This document shows, in pieces, positions 9,433-19,503 of a stretch of 64,000 nt of DNA (position 1 is the first letter of the stretch; each line of letters opens with the position of its first letter). The DNA is from an uncultured Candidatus Rokubacteria bacterium (GTDB lineage Bacteria; Methylomirabilota; Methylomirabilia; Rokubacteriales; CSP1-6): assembly GCA_963754315.1 (NCBI GenBank), contig CAVWFS010000015.1, positions 86,207 through 150,206 of the forward strand. Direction: 5' to 3'. Under the pieces are notes generated by a model that had not been told where the DNA came from, ran no database searches, and saw only the letters and a program-made list of their open reading frames with translations. A program made the translations under genes and the position numbers.

Positions 9433-9549
9433 CGAAGACCGCCCCTCCTGGTCCTCCCGGGATCGTACATCACGGTTTGCCGCGACCGTCACGTCTGAGA
9501 CAATGCGCCCAGACCTCCGGGTCGGCTATGACACAAAGGGGTGCGCCGA

Positions 9550-10532
9550 TGACCACGCACGTGATCGAACCACGGATGGAGCTGGAGCAGAACCTCCACC
9601 TGTACCGCCAGATGGCGAAGATTCGCGCCTTCGAGGAGCAGGTCCACGAGCTGTACAAGAGCGCCAAGATGCCGGGCCTGGCCCATCTGTACGTGGGCGA
9701 GGAAGGGGTGGCGGTGGGCGTGTGCGAAGCCCTGCGTCGCGACGACCTCATCACGAGCACTCATCGTGGGCACGGCCACTGCCTGGCCAAGGGAGCCTCC
9801 GTCAACCGGATGTTCGCCGAGCTGCTCGGCAAGGAGGCGGGCTACTGCCGCGGCAAGGGCGGTTCCATGCACATCGCCGATCCTGACACGGGGAACCTCG
9901 GGGCGAACGCCATCGTGGGCGGCTCGGCCGGCATCGCGACCGGCGCGGCCCTGTCAGCCAAGATGCGACGCACCGACCAGGTTGCGGTGTGCTTCTTCGG
10001 CGACGGGGCCCTCGGCCAGGGTCTCCTCTATGAAGCGATGAACATGGCAGCCCTCTGGAAGCTGCCGGTCATCTACGTCTGCGAGAATAACCTCTACGGC
10101 GAGTACACGCCGTGTGGCGAGACCGTGGCCGGCGAGATCCTCGCCCGCGCCCGGGCCTTCGGTATCCACGCCGAGATGGTCGACGGCCAGGACGTCCAGC
10201 TCGTGCAGGCGACGATGCGGCGGCTGGTGGAGCGCGCGCGCCGGGGAGAGGGGCCGGCCTTCCTCGAGTGCAAGACCTACCGCTACTACGGGCATCACGT
10301 GGGCGACGTCAACCGCGAGTATCGCTCGCGGGAAGAAGAGCATGAGTGGATGAGCAAACACGATCCGCTCGAGACCCTGGCCGGGCGACTCACGGCCGAC
10401 GGCCTGGCCGACACGAGCGTCTTCGAGCGCATCCAGGCCGACGTGAAGGCGGAGATCGACACCGGCGTGCAATTCGCGCTGGCGGCGGCGTACCCGGCGG
10501 CCACTCAAGTCGACGAGGACGTCTATGCGTGA
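9550..10532 (+). CDS. TPP-dependent 2-oxoacid dehydrogenase E1 component, alpha subunit (PdhA/AcoA-like), orphan
   Basis: MTTHVIEPRMELEQNLHLYRQMAKIRAFEE..., with LITSTHRGHGHCLAKG and FFGDGALGQGLLYEAMNMAALWKLPVIYVCENNLYG (TPP-binding). No beta subunit follows. ATG 9550 has aaagggg upstream. The track ORF 9288.. is a spurious N-terminal extension. Confidence 0.8.
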
Positions 10533-12013
10533 GGGGTTGGCCGCGGAGGCGTGACCGGTCGCCGTGGCGCCAGCGGCAGCGCGCGCAGACCGTTCAGATC
10601 GATCGGGGGCATCTCCAGGCTCAGACTCTGGAGCACAGCGTTGGCGAGCTCGTTGTAGCGATTGAAGGAGCGGCGGAGCCGACCGCGCCAGGCAGGAATT
10701 CCACCGTTGGCGTGAAGCTCGAACGCCGACTCCCGGCCGTCCAGGGCAGAGGCGACGTGATCGGCGGCCATCTGAAGCAAGGCCGAGCGCTGCAGAGCCG
10801 TGTAGCCGCCGCCCCTGAACGACTCCTCCAGCTCCGCTCCCACCTCGGGTGAGGCCAGGTCCTTGTCGGACGGGGCCACCATGAGCGACGATCCCGGAAG
10901 AATGCGCAGGATCTCGGTGATACGCTGCCGCGCCTTCTGCATGGCGATGCTGCCCGCCGCCACGTGGCCGCGCCCGGGAATGCAGTAGCCCTCGGCCGTG
11001 AGTTCCGGATCGAGCTCGGCGGCCGTTTGACAGCTTCGGACGGTTTGCACGTCCACGATCAGATCAACCAGGTACTCGATGGTCGGCTCATGCTCCGTGA
11101 GCCCCATGGCGTGCGTGCAGGCCAGGGCGAGCCCCAGCGTGAACTCCGCCTTCGAGAGCCAGCAGTAGAGCTGGTGCCAGAACAGCCAGGAAGCCATGGC
11201 TTCCGGCGATGGATCGAGGAGAAAGACACGCTCCCAGGGGACGAAGACATCATCGAGCCACATCTGGCCGTCGAGCTCGTCATAGCGGCTGCTCAAGGGG
11301 GCGAGGAACGGGTTCGCGTGGCGGGCCGAGATCTTCCGGCACACGATCGTGACGCCGGGAGCATTGACGGCAACGATGAAGGTCGCCCGATGCCCGTCGC
11401 GATCAATGCCCGAGTGCCCCCCCACGTACACGTCCTCGGCGTAGGCGGGGCTGGTGTGCATGCCAATCTTCCCCCGGACGATGACCCCGGCATCGGTCTC
11501 GCGGACGAGCTGAAGCGCGGCGCGGGCGTCAGGATCGTCGCGCAGGCGATAACCGATGGTGGCGGCCCCCGCCGAAAACGTCAGGAATCGTCCCGTGCGG
11601 ACAATCAGATCCCGGTACGCGGCGGCGTGGGTAATCTGCTCCCGGGAGACGTTGCGTTGCTGAACGGCGTCGAGAATGCCGAGCGCGATGAGATTTCCGT
11701 AGGCCGGAGTGTGGGTGATGTTGCCAGCGCTCAGAAAGGTCGTCGCCGAGAAACACTGACCCATTCCGCGCAGGTGATCGGAGCTCGTGGGGAGAGTGAA
11801 GGCCCAGGGCGTACGGCTCCCCTGGGGATCGGCGGGCCCCAGGACGGTGTCGCGCCACGCCGGGTCGAAGTGACGGTCATACCAGGCCACGTATTCGTCC
11901 ACCATGGCGCGCGTGGCGGGATGCACGGTGACGTCATCGATCAAGCCTTCACCCATGATCCACACCCGGCGACCATCGCGCAGCGCCTCTCGGTACTCGG
12001 CTCCCGTCCTCAT
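10523..12013 (-). CDS. 4-hydroxyphenylacetate 3-monooxygenase oxygenase-component family (HpaB-like) flavin-dependent monooxygenase
   Basis: 496 aa. MRTGAEYREALRDGRRVWIMGEG...VHPA is the characteristic HpaB N-terminus, and the length and composition match across the whole protein. Confidence 0.8.
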   Translation of the reverse strand: MRTGAEYREALRDGRRVWIMGEGLIDDVTVHPATRAMVDEYVAWYDRHFDPAWRDTVLGPADPQGSRTPWAFTLPTSSDHLRGMGQCFSATTFLSAGNITHTPAYGNLIALGILDAVQQRNVSREQITHAAAYRDLIVRTGRFLTFSAGAATIGYRLRDDPDARAALQLVRETDAGVIVRGKIGMHTSPAYAEDVYVGGHSGIDRDGHRATFIVAVNAPGVTIVCRKISARHANPFLAPLSSRYDELDGQMWLDDVFVPWERVFLLDPSPEAMASWLFWHQLYCWLSKAEFTLGLALACTHAMGLTEHEPTIEYLVDLIVDVQTVRSCQTAAELDPELTAEGYCIPGRGHVAAGSIAMQKARQRITEILRILPGSSLMVAPSDKDLASPEVGAELEESFRGGGYTALQRSALLQMAADHVASALDGRESAFELHANGGIPAWRGRLRRSFNRYNELANAVLQSLSLEMPPIDLNGLRALPLAPRRPVTPPRPTPHA

Positions 12014-13769
12014 GGCCGCGTGATCACGTCGACGAGGGCGGGGAGGCCCTCGTCCTTCACGACGCGCAGGGCGCGCCGCAGGGCTGGCCCCACGGCGTCA
12101 GGCGTCTCGATGGGGCCCTCCGCGTAAACACCGAATCCCTGGGCGATGCGCGCAAAGTCGGGGGCCGGGTTGTCGATGCGAATCCCCACGACCTTGTTCT
12201 CTACCGGGCGACCCCGGGTCTTGGCGACCGCGTCCTGATGCTCCTCGTCGTTGCCGTACGAGCGATTGTTGAACATCACCGTGAGCAGGGGCAGCCGGTG
12301 GTGAGACGCCGTGTAGAATCCGCTCACCACGTAGAGAAGGTCGCCATCCGCCTGCAAATTCACACAGAGTTTTCCGCTGCCTCGATGGGCGAGCGCCACT
12401 CCCAGCGCGGCCGGAAGGCCGTAGCCAAGTCCAGCTCCGCCGCTCCCGCCATAGCTACGCTCGGGCTGCCAGTCCCAGAGCCGCCGCGCCCAGCCCTTGC
12501 CAGTCCCGTTGGCGAGGATCCAATCCTCGTTCTGGATAACCTTCCACACTTCGGCGGCGAGGACGGATGGGGCAATGGGTCGCGCCGAGCGCTCGAGGTC
12601 GAGCGTGGTGTCCCATTCACGACGGAGCGCTGCATGGCGGGCCGCCACCCGCGCGGCGCGCGTCTGGCGCTCGGAGGCCCGAGGGTCGTTGGTGAGACGG
12701 TCGTCGACCGCCGCCAGCAGGGCGGGCAGCGCCAGCCCGGCGTCGGCAGCGATGGGAAGATCGACCGGGGCCAGCGACTGGTACGTCTGCGCCCAGCTCC
12801 GCAGCGCGTAGTCGTCGAGGGAAATTGAAATGACGTGCGCGCCCTCGTTCAGCAGTCGCACCTCGCGGGTGCTGCGATCGGTCTCGGCCAGCGCGCTGAG
12901 AAAGCTCGATACGTCGAGGGCCAGAACCACGTCGGCCTCGGCCACGACCTCACGGCGAGCATCGGTCATGTCGAGCGGATGGCGAGAGGAGACACTCGGC
13001 CGCCCCTGGGACTCACCGGCGAGATCGATGAGGGGTGCGGCGAGCCGCTCGGCAAGACGACCGAGGGCGGCACACGCATGAGGTCGACGCCCGAGCGACT
13101 CGACGAGAATGATGGGAAAACGCGCCTCGACAAGCCGCCGCGCCGCCTCGTCGAGCGCGCGCGGATCGGCGTGTGGTGGTGTGGACGGCCCGAAGCGCGT
13201 CACATCGGGCACAGAGACCGGACCGTCGAGAGCTTGCTCCTGGAGCGCAGCATCGAGGCAGAGGTACACCGGGCCTTGAGGTTCGCTCTGGGCCACCCGC
13301 CAGGCTCGCAGAAAGGTTTCGGGAATGGCACCGATGCTGGCTGGCTGGTCGTCCAGCTTGACGTAGTCGCGCACCTGGGTGCCCTGCACGAGGGCCGTAT
13401 GGATCCAGTCGATCCACGGCCGGCGGCGGGTCGAATCCATGGGGCCCGTGGCCCCCAGTACCAAGATCGGCGCCCGGTCGCAGAACGCGTTGAAGATCGC
13501 CATGCTGGCGTGCTGAAGGCCGACGATGTCGTGCACCACGGCCGCCATCGGCCTCCCTTTGGCCTTGGCATAGCCGTGGGCGAGGCCGACCGCGATCTCT
13601 TCGTGAGTGGTGAGGATCAGCTCGGGCTGTTGGGGTCCACGGTAGTTCACCAGCGAGTCGTGAAGGCCACGAAAGGTCGCGCCCGGATTGATCGCGACAT
13701 GCTCGACCCCCACCGCGCGCAGCAGGTCAACGACCAGGTCGGAGCCATAGCGAGCCGTCGGCGCCACGG
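12010..13769 (-). CDS. thiamine-pyrophosphate-dependent enzyme (acetolactate synthase / benzoylformate decarboxylase superfamily)
   Basis: ...GSDLVVDLLRAVGVEHVAINPGATFRGL (N-terminal TPP domain) ... GSGGAGLGYGLPAALGVALA ... VNLQADGDLLYVVSGFYTASHH...VMFNNRSYGN (GDG-x24-NN TPP-binding motif). Start is taken at GTG 13767-13769. The track ORF start at 13983 looks like an extension. Confidence 0.75.
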
Positions 13770-13829
13770 AAAGGCACCGTATGTCGGTCCCCGCAAGGTT
13801 GTCAAGCGCGCGCGAGCCATGGCGGCTCC

Positions 13830-13859
13830 TTGACACCGTCTCGCCCCTGACCTTAGAAA
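13830..13859 (+). promoter_or_regulatory. candidate sigma70-like promoter (TTGACA-N17-TAGAAA) for the cupin gene
   Basis: ttgacaccgtctcgcccctgaccttagaaat lies about 50 nt upstream of the first ATG of the cupin ORF, in a divergent intergenic region. Confidence 0.35.
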
Positions 13860-13908
13860 TGCGGCGTAATGGCCCTGTGATGCTGGTCCTCGAGGAAAGG
13901 CGGCGCGC

Positions 13909-14553
13909 GTGGCCTACTTCATGAGACTGCTCGAGGACAGGCTGACGGTCGGGGCTTTGTCGAGGCCGCTGCCACCCCTGCACCGTGTTCTGTTCGTGAT
14001 CGAAGGCGAGTCACGTGTGTCCGCCCAGAAGGTTGAGCGGTCGGTGGCCGCTGGCCACGCCTGGTACGGACACGAGCCCTGCGCGCTCGGGCCAGGTGAC
14101 GCGAACGCGCGCGTGCTACGTTTCGAGCTGTACCGGGATCGGCCCCCCGCGCTCGACGGCGGCATGCTGAAGCTCGCCCACTCGATCGACCTCGATCCGA
14201 AGGCAGCCTGGCTGATGCGCTGCGATCGGGTGGACTTCGAGCCGGCGGGCGAAGCTCCCTTGCATCGTCACCGCGGCGGCGGCATCCGCTGCCTCCTGCG
14301 TGGCGCGATCGAGGTCACCGTGGGCGACGAGCCGGCCCGCCGGATTCTCCCCGGAGGGGCCTGGTTCGAAAGTGGGCGCGAGCCCGTCTACGCGGCGGCG
14401 GCGCTTGACGAGGAGACGAGCTTCATCCGGGTGACCGTCCAGCCGGCGGAGATCCGCGGACGGAGCTCCATCATGTACGTGAACCCCGCCGACGCAACCC
14501 GAAAACCTCGCTCGTACCACGTCTTCGTCGACGAGCCCATCCGGCTGCGCTAG
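13909..14553 (+). CDS. cupin domain protein
   Basis: ...GEAPLHRHRGGGIRCLLRGAIEVTVGDEPARRILPGGAWFESGREPV resembles a double-stranded beta-helix (cupin) core. Start is 13909 or 13921. Confidence 0.55.
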   Translation: MAYFMRLLEDRLTVGALSRPLPPLHRVLFVIEGESRVSAQKVERSVAAGHAWYGHEPCALGPGDANARVLRFELYRDRPPALDGGMLKLAHSIDLDPKAAWLMRCDRVDFEPAGEAPLHRHRGGGIRCLLRGAIEVTVGDEPARRILPGGAWFESGREPVYAAAALDEETSFIRVTVQPAEIRGRSSIMYVNPADATRKPRSYHVFVDEPIRLR

Positions 14554-14662
14554 GATGTAGGCCCCGACATGATCCTCAACCTTCTGCGGCCGAACCGCTC
14601 CCGGGAACCAGGGGGCAGTTCTCGACGTTCCCAGCATGGTGGATCCTGAGAGACGATAGCCG

Positions 14663-15751
14663 ATGAGCATGTCCGCGCCCACGGTGGGAATCATCGGGCT
14701 CGGCTTCGGCCGCGCCCACATCCCTGCCTTCCAGGCCCAGGGCTGTCACGTGGTTGCCCTTTGCCAGCGCGATCAGGCGAGCGCCAAAATCCTGGCTGAC
14801 CGCTATCGCATTCCGCGCGTCTTCGACCGCTGGGAGGAGATGCTGGAGGCGGCTCGACCCGAGATCGTCGTCATTGCCGCCCCGCCGCATCTGCACCACC
14901 CCATCGCGTTGCGCGCGTTTGCCCAGGGCGCCCACGTGCTGTGTGAGAAACCACTGGCCATGAACCGGACCGAGGGCGAGGCGATGCTCAGCGCGGCCGA
15001 GCGCAGCCGCCGCACCGCCATGACCAGTTTCAACTGGCGCTTCGTGGCCGCCATGCAAGAACTTCACGCCCGCGTGAATGAGGGCGCCCTCGGTCGGGTG
15101 TTCCACGTGAACGGCCGGTGGATGGGTGGGCGCTGGGCAAAGGCGACGGACGCAGCGACCTGGCGCATGGACCGAGCCCAGGCCGGCCACGGCTCGATGG
15201 GTGACATGGGAGTGCATCTGGTCGACTTCGTGCGCTGGACCTTCGGTGACTTCGTCCGCGTAGCGGCACGGGCAGGCGTGGCGTTTCCGGAGCGTTCGGC
15301 GCCTGGTGTGGAGCGTCCCGCCGACGCCGAGGACTACTGCGCCATCGTCGGAGAGCTCACCTCGGGCGCCACGGTCGCGCTCAGCACGAGCCGGGCCGCG
15401 CGGGGGCTCAACGAGCACTCGCTGGATGCTTTCGGGAGCGGCGGTGGCCTCGCGTATCGCTTCGTCCGTGACGGCAGCCGCTGGTGGGACGGAGAGCTGC
15501 GCGCCACGGCCGACGGAGATGTCCTCAAGCTCGTGAGCCCGCGTGTCACGTCGGATGGGGCGGGCGAAGGCGACCAGATGGAAATCGTCGGCAAGGCCAC
15601 CATCGGCCCCCTCGTCGGCCGCTTTCTGGACGCCATCAAGACTGGCACGTCTGCCGAGCCCTCCTTTCTCGACGGTGTTCGGGCCCAGGCCGTCCTCGAC
15701 GCTGTGCTGGCCGCCACCGTGCGAGGGGACTGGGTGCCGGTAACACGATGA
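14663..15751 (+). CDS. Gfo/Idh/MocA family NAD(P)-dependent oxidoreductase
   Basis: VGIIGLGFGRAHIPAF (Rossmann GxGxxG) and VLCEKPLAMNRTEGEAM (the EKP motif). Confidence 0.85.
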   Translation: MSMSAPTVGIIGLGFGRAHIPAFQAQGCHVVALCQRDQASAKILADRYRIPRVFDRWEEMLEAARPEIVVIAAPPHLHHPIALRAFAQGAHVLCEKPLAMNRTEGEAMLSAAERSRRTAMTSFNWRFVAAMQELHARVNEGALGRVFHVNGRWMGGRWAKATDAATWRMDRAQAGHGSMGDMGVHLVDFVRWTFGDFVRVAARAGVAFPERSAPGVERPADAEDYCAIVGELTSGATVALSTSRAARGLNEHSLDAFGSGGGLAYRFVRDGSRWWDGELRATADGDVLKLVSPRVTSDGAGEGDQMEIVGKATIGPLVGRFLDAIKTGTSAEPSFLDGVRAQAVLDAVLAATVRGDWVPVTR

Positions 15752-15863
15752 AGGGACGGGTCACGCACCTATGTTGCCGCGCCCGCCACCACCCGGATTT
15801 GATAGCGTCGTCCACGCGACGTTCCCGTGAAGTCAACCGTCCACCACAGAAAGGAGTCACTCA

Positions 15864-16296
15864 GATGATTCGACGCATGCTCACCCTCACCGCCGCGGGT
15901 GCTTTCCTCATGTCGGTCGCGGCGCCCGTCCTGGCCCAGCAGCCCGCGGCAGCACCGCCCAAGGCCGATGCCCCCAAGGCTGACATGGCCAAGCCGGACG
16001 CCAGCAAGGCCACGGCGAAGCCCGCCAAGGCGGCCACAAAGACGGCGACCGGTCAGCTCAAGAAGGTCAGCGATACCGAGATGGTCGTCATCGTCACCCC
16101 GAAGGGCAAGAACGCCGAAGACGTCACCTTCATCGTCGAGAAGGAAACGAAGATCATGAAGGGCGGCAAGGTCGTCGCGGTCAAGGATGTGATGGAGGCC
16201 GAGACGGTCACCGTGACCTACGCCGAGGCCGACGGCAAGAAGACCGCCAAGTCGGTCACGAGCAAGGGCGCCCCTGCCCCAGCCGCCAAGAAGTAG
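15864..16296 (+). CDS. secreted Ala/Lys/Pro-rich protein with signal peptide (hypothetical)
   Basis: ATG 15864 with aaaggag RBS. MIRRMLTLTAAGAFLMSVAAPVLAQQ is the signal peptide; the C-terminal beta-rich domain is TEMVVIVTPKGKNAEDVTFIVEKETKIMKGGKVVAVKDV. The track ORF start at 15484 is an extension. Confidence 0.6.
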
Positions 16297-16309
16297 CCAC
16301 ACGTCAGGA

Positions 16310-17440
16310 TTGCCGGACCCCCGGGGTCGCGCGACTCCGGGGGTGCGGAGTCGGTTGTCGCTTGCTCTGCTGATTCTGCTCGCCACGGTGCTCACGGGAG
16401 CGCTCGTGGCGAGCTACTTCACCTTCTGGCGGGCCGTTCGGCCACCCCGTGCCAAGGTCCCTCTGAAGCCGTCCGATGTCGGTCTCGAGGTGCGCGATAT
16501 CACGATCGACGCCGAGGACGGTGTCGCTCTGCACGGCTGGCTCGTTCCCCGTCCAGGGGCCCCTGGTGTCGTGGTCCTGCATGGCTATCCGGCCGAGAAA
16601 GCGGAGATGTTGCCGATCGCGGCGACATTGGCCCAGCACTTCTCGGTGCTCCTCATGGACCTCCGATACTTCGGAAAAAGCGGAGGTGGCGCCACGACCT
16701 TTGGAGTCCGCGAACGTGGCGACCTGCGGCGCGCTGTCGACGTCCTGATGGCACAGGGCACTTCTTCCGTCGGGGTGTTCGGGCTGTCCCTCGGCGGGGC
16801 GGTGGCGATCCTGACGGCGGCCGAGGACCCCCGCATCCGGGCCATCGCCGCCTGCGCGCCCTATTCCGACCTGAAGACCCTGGCGCGTGAGCTCCACGAA
16901 TGGCTCGGCCTCGCGAAGTACCCTTACGTCGAGCTGATGGCGCTGTGGGGTCGCCTCCTCCTGGGCGTCGATCTCGGCGTTGCCTCGCCAGCAACGGCGG
17001 CGCGCCATCTCATGACGCCAGTGCTTCTGATCGCCAGCCGTGAGGATGAGCTGATCCGCTTTCACCATGCGGAAGCTCTGCAGGCTGCCCTGCGCGGAAA
17101 TCCGGCGGCCGAGTTCGTGGTCATGGCGCGCGGGCGCCACGGGGAGTTGCCGGCCGACGTCGTGTCACGCCTGGCGCGATTCTTCCGCGCTCACCTCACC
17201 TCGACGAAGCTCGACGCAGAGCCAGTGTCCGAATCTCCCGGCCGCGTCAGCGGAATCCCCGTCACCCGGGCTCCGAAGGGGGCCAGAGCGTCCTCGATTG
17301 CCTGGGCTATGAGCGGATGGACCGGCATGATGCCGCCCTCCCCGGCCCCCTTGGCTCCAAGTGGGTTGAGCGGGGTGGGCGACTCCAGATGGCGAATCTC
17401 GAATGTGCGTGGGGCGTCGGCCGCCGTGGCCAGCGCATAG
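16310..17440 (+). CDS. membrane-anchored alpha/beta hydrolase (dienelactone-hydrolase/BAAT-like)
   Basis: N-terminal TM segment LSLALLILLATVLTGALVASYF, then VVVLHGYPAEK and GLSLGG (nucleophile elbow), and RGRHGELP (catalytic His). The ORF runs about 250 nt into the convergent coxL-like gene before its first stop, so the 3' end is uncertain. Confidence 0.65.
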   Translation: MPDPRGRATPGVRSRLSLALLILLATVLTGALVASYFTFWRAVRPPRAKVPLKPSDVGLEVRDITIDAEDGVALHGWLVPRPGAPGVVVLHGYPAEKAEMLPIAATLAQHFSVLLMDLRYFGKSGGGATTFGVRERGDLRRAVDVLMAQGTSSVGVFGLSLGGAVAILTAAEDPRIRAIAACAPYSDLKTLARELHEWLGLAKYPYVELMALWGRLLLGVDLGVASPATAARHLMTPVLLIASREDELIRFHHAEALQAALRGNPAAEFVVMARGRHGELPADVVSRLARFFRAHLTSTKLDAEPVSESPGRVSGIPVTRAPKGARASSIAWAMSGWTGMMPPSPAPLAPSGLSGVGDSRWRISNVRGASAAVASA

Positions 17441-19503
17441 TCCATCAGGGTGGCCGTCAGCCGCTGACCGGACTCATCGTAGGCGAGCTGCTCGTTGAGG
17501 GCGTCAGGAATACCCTGCACCACGGCGCCATGGATCTGGCCGTCGACGAGAGTCGGTTGCAGCACGCGACCACAATCATGGGCCACGATCCAGCGCAGGA
17601 TCGTCACCGCGCCCGTCTCCAGGTCGACCTCGAGGACGACCGCATGGGTCCCGTTGGCGTAGGCCGACTGCGCCACCGTGAACACGTGCGTCTCTTCGAG
17701 GCCCTCCGCCTCTCCGGGCGCGCGAGCCGCGTGAGCGGCTGCCGCGATCTGCGCCCAGCCAACCGAGCGGCTCGGCAATCCCCTCACGAAGAACTGGCCG
17801 TTGTGGTTGATGACGTCGGCCGCGGCCGCTTCCAGCAGACGACCGGCAATGCGGGCAGCTTTCTGCACCACGGCGCGCCCGGCCAGCAACGCAGCGCTGC
17901 CTCCAATGGCCGCCGTGCGGCTGCCGTAGGTCCCACCGCCGGTCTCGATGAGCGCCGTGTCGCCCGTGAGAACCTCGATGGCAGACGGATCGATCCCGAG
18001 AAGGTCGCCCACGAGCTCGGAGAACATGGTGACGTGGCCCTGCCCCTGGGGGGCGGCGCCCGTGATCACCGTCACCTGCCCGTCGGCCCTCACGCGGACC
18101 GTCACGCTCTCGTGGGGGACGGTCGCGGTCGCTTCGATGTAGTTCACGAGACCGATGCCGAGGTAACGTCCCTCCGCGCGCAGGCGCGACTGCTCCTGCC
18201 GCGTGGCGGGCAGGTCGAGGGTTTCCAGTGCCAGCTCCATACAGCGAGGAAAGTTGCCACTGTCGTAGATGACGGGGCCTCGGCCCGCGGTCGTGAGTCC
18301 CGTGTCGTGCGGATGAGCATCGGCCGGGACAAGGTTACGCCGGCGCACCGCGATGGGGTCGACGGCGAGCTCGCGGGCGAGCGCGTCGATGGCGCGCTCG
18401 ATCACGGCCGTTCCCTGCGGGCGGCCGGCGCCCCGGTAGGCGCCTACCGGCGTGGTGTGGGTGAGAAGGCCCCGCATGCTCAGCTCCACGCTCGGGATCC
18501 GATAGGGCCCCACGGAGTGAATCATGGTGTTCTGGGGCAAGTTGAGGCCAGAGATGGTATAGGCCCCCATCTCGTGCAGGAAGCTATCGCGGAAGGCGAG
18601 CAGATCGCCCGCCCGCGTGGCGGCGATCACGAGGTCGTGGATCTGCTCGCGCTCCACGCACGCCACCAAGGTGTGCTCGCGACGGTCCTCGATCCACTTC
18701 ACGGGACGGCCGAGCTTCATGGCGAGCGCGGCCACCACGATGTATTCGGGATAGTACATACCCTTGGTGCCGAATCCACCCCCCACGTCGGCCGGCGCGA
18801 TCACCCGCACCTGCTCCTCGGCCAATCCCAGGTGGCCCGCGAACACGGCGCGGTGGCGGTGGACCATCTGGACGGCGGCCCATACGGTGAGCCGACCGTC
18901 CGCCCAGTGGGCCACGAGCCCGCGCGGTTCGAGAGGATGGGCGCCGCCGCGCGAGAGTCGAAACCGGGTGCGGACCACGACCTCGGCCGCCCGCATGGCC
19001 GCCTCGACGTCCCCCACGCGCTGTTGCCACTCGGTGACGACATTGGTGCCGAGCCAGTCGTGCACGAGCGGCGCGCCGGCCTCCAACGCCGCCTCGACGC
19101 CGACCACTGCGGGACGCGGGTCGTAGTCCACGCGAATGGCCTCGAGCGCGTCGTGGGCGCGGTATGTGTCGTCCGCGACGACAGCCGCCACCGGTTCGCC
19201 CACGAAGCGCACCACGTTCCGCGCCAGCGGCCTGATCCCGCACGGTCGCGGCAGCGCGGGATGCGGCGCATAGATTGGCATGGGCTCGGCCGCCGGCCCG
19301 AGGTCCTCCGAGGTGACGACGGCGATCACGCCCGGCGCGCCCGCGGCCGCCGTCGTATCGATACCGCGGATGACGGCGTGCGCATGGGGTGAGCGGAGGA
19401 TGGCGACGTGCACCGAGTTCGCCAGGCGGAGGTCGTCGACGAACTGTCCGGCCCCGGTGACCAGACGCGGATCCTCACGCCGGCGAACCCCGTCCGTCCT
19501 CAC
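17191..19503 (-). CDS. molybdopterin-binding large subunit of xanthine-dehydrogenase family, form-II CoxL-like
   Basis: 770 aa. HTTPVGAYRGAGRPQG carries the AYRGAGR motif characteristic of form-II CoxL rather than AYRCSFR. It has multiple XDH-family blocks (GGGFGTKG, GQGHVTMFSELV). No adjacent CoxM/CoxS genes. Its ATG overlaps the tctA stop (ATGA). Confidence 0.85.
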   Translation of the reverse strand: MRTDGVRRREDPRLVTGAGQFVDDLRLANSVHVAILRSPHAHAVIRGIDTTAAAGAPGVIAVVTSEDLGPAAEPMPIYAPHPALPRPCGIRPLARNVVRFVGEPVAAVVADDTYRAHDALEAIRVDYDPRPAVVGVEAALEAGAPLVHDWLGTNVVTEWQQRVGDVEAAMRAAEVVVRTRFRLSRGGAHPLEPRGLVAHWADGRLTVWAAVQMVHRHRAVFAGHLGLAEEQVRVIAPADVGGGFGTKGMYYPEYIVVAALAMKLGRPVKWIEDRREHTLVACVEREQIHDLVIAATRAGDLLAFRDSFLHEMGAYTISGLNLPQNTMIHSVGPYRIPSVELSMRGLLTHTTPVGAYRGAGRPQGTAVIERAIDALARELAVDPIAVRRRNLVPADAHPHDTGLTTAGRGPVIYDSGNFPRCMELALETLDLPATRQEQSRLRAEGRYLGIGLVNYIEATATVPHESVTVRVRADGQVTVITGAAPQGQGHVTMFSELVGDLLGIDPSAIEVLTGDTALIETGGGTYGSRTAAIGGSAALLAGRAVVQKAARIAGRLLEAAAADVINHNGQFFVRGLPSRSVGWAQIAAAAHAARAPGEAEGLEETHVFTVAQSAYANGTHAVVLEVDLETGAVTILRWIVAHDCGRVLQPTLVDGQIHGAVVQGIPDALNEQLAYDESGQRLTATLMDYALATAADAPRTFEIRHLESPTPLNPLGAKGAGEGGIMPVHPLIAQAIEDALAPFGARVTGIPLTRPGDSDTGSASSFVEVR

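Noticed and set aside
9288-9549. N-terminal 87-aa extension of the E1-alpha ORF (track start 9288) and the 25888..27501, 23353..24456, 59433..60857 extended starts
   Set aside because: The extensions are low-complexity and precede well-conserved N-termini that have their own ATG or GTG, with RBS or operon overlaps. Internal starts were chosen instead.
17317-19392. 691-aa plus-strand ORF
   Set aside because: It is antisense to the coxL-like gene, which has multiple XDH-family signature blocks.
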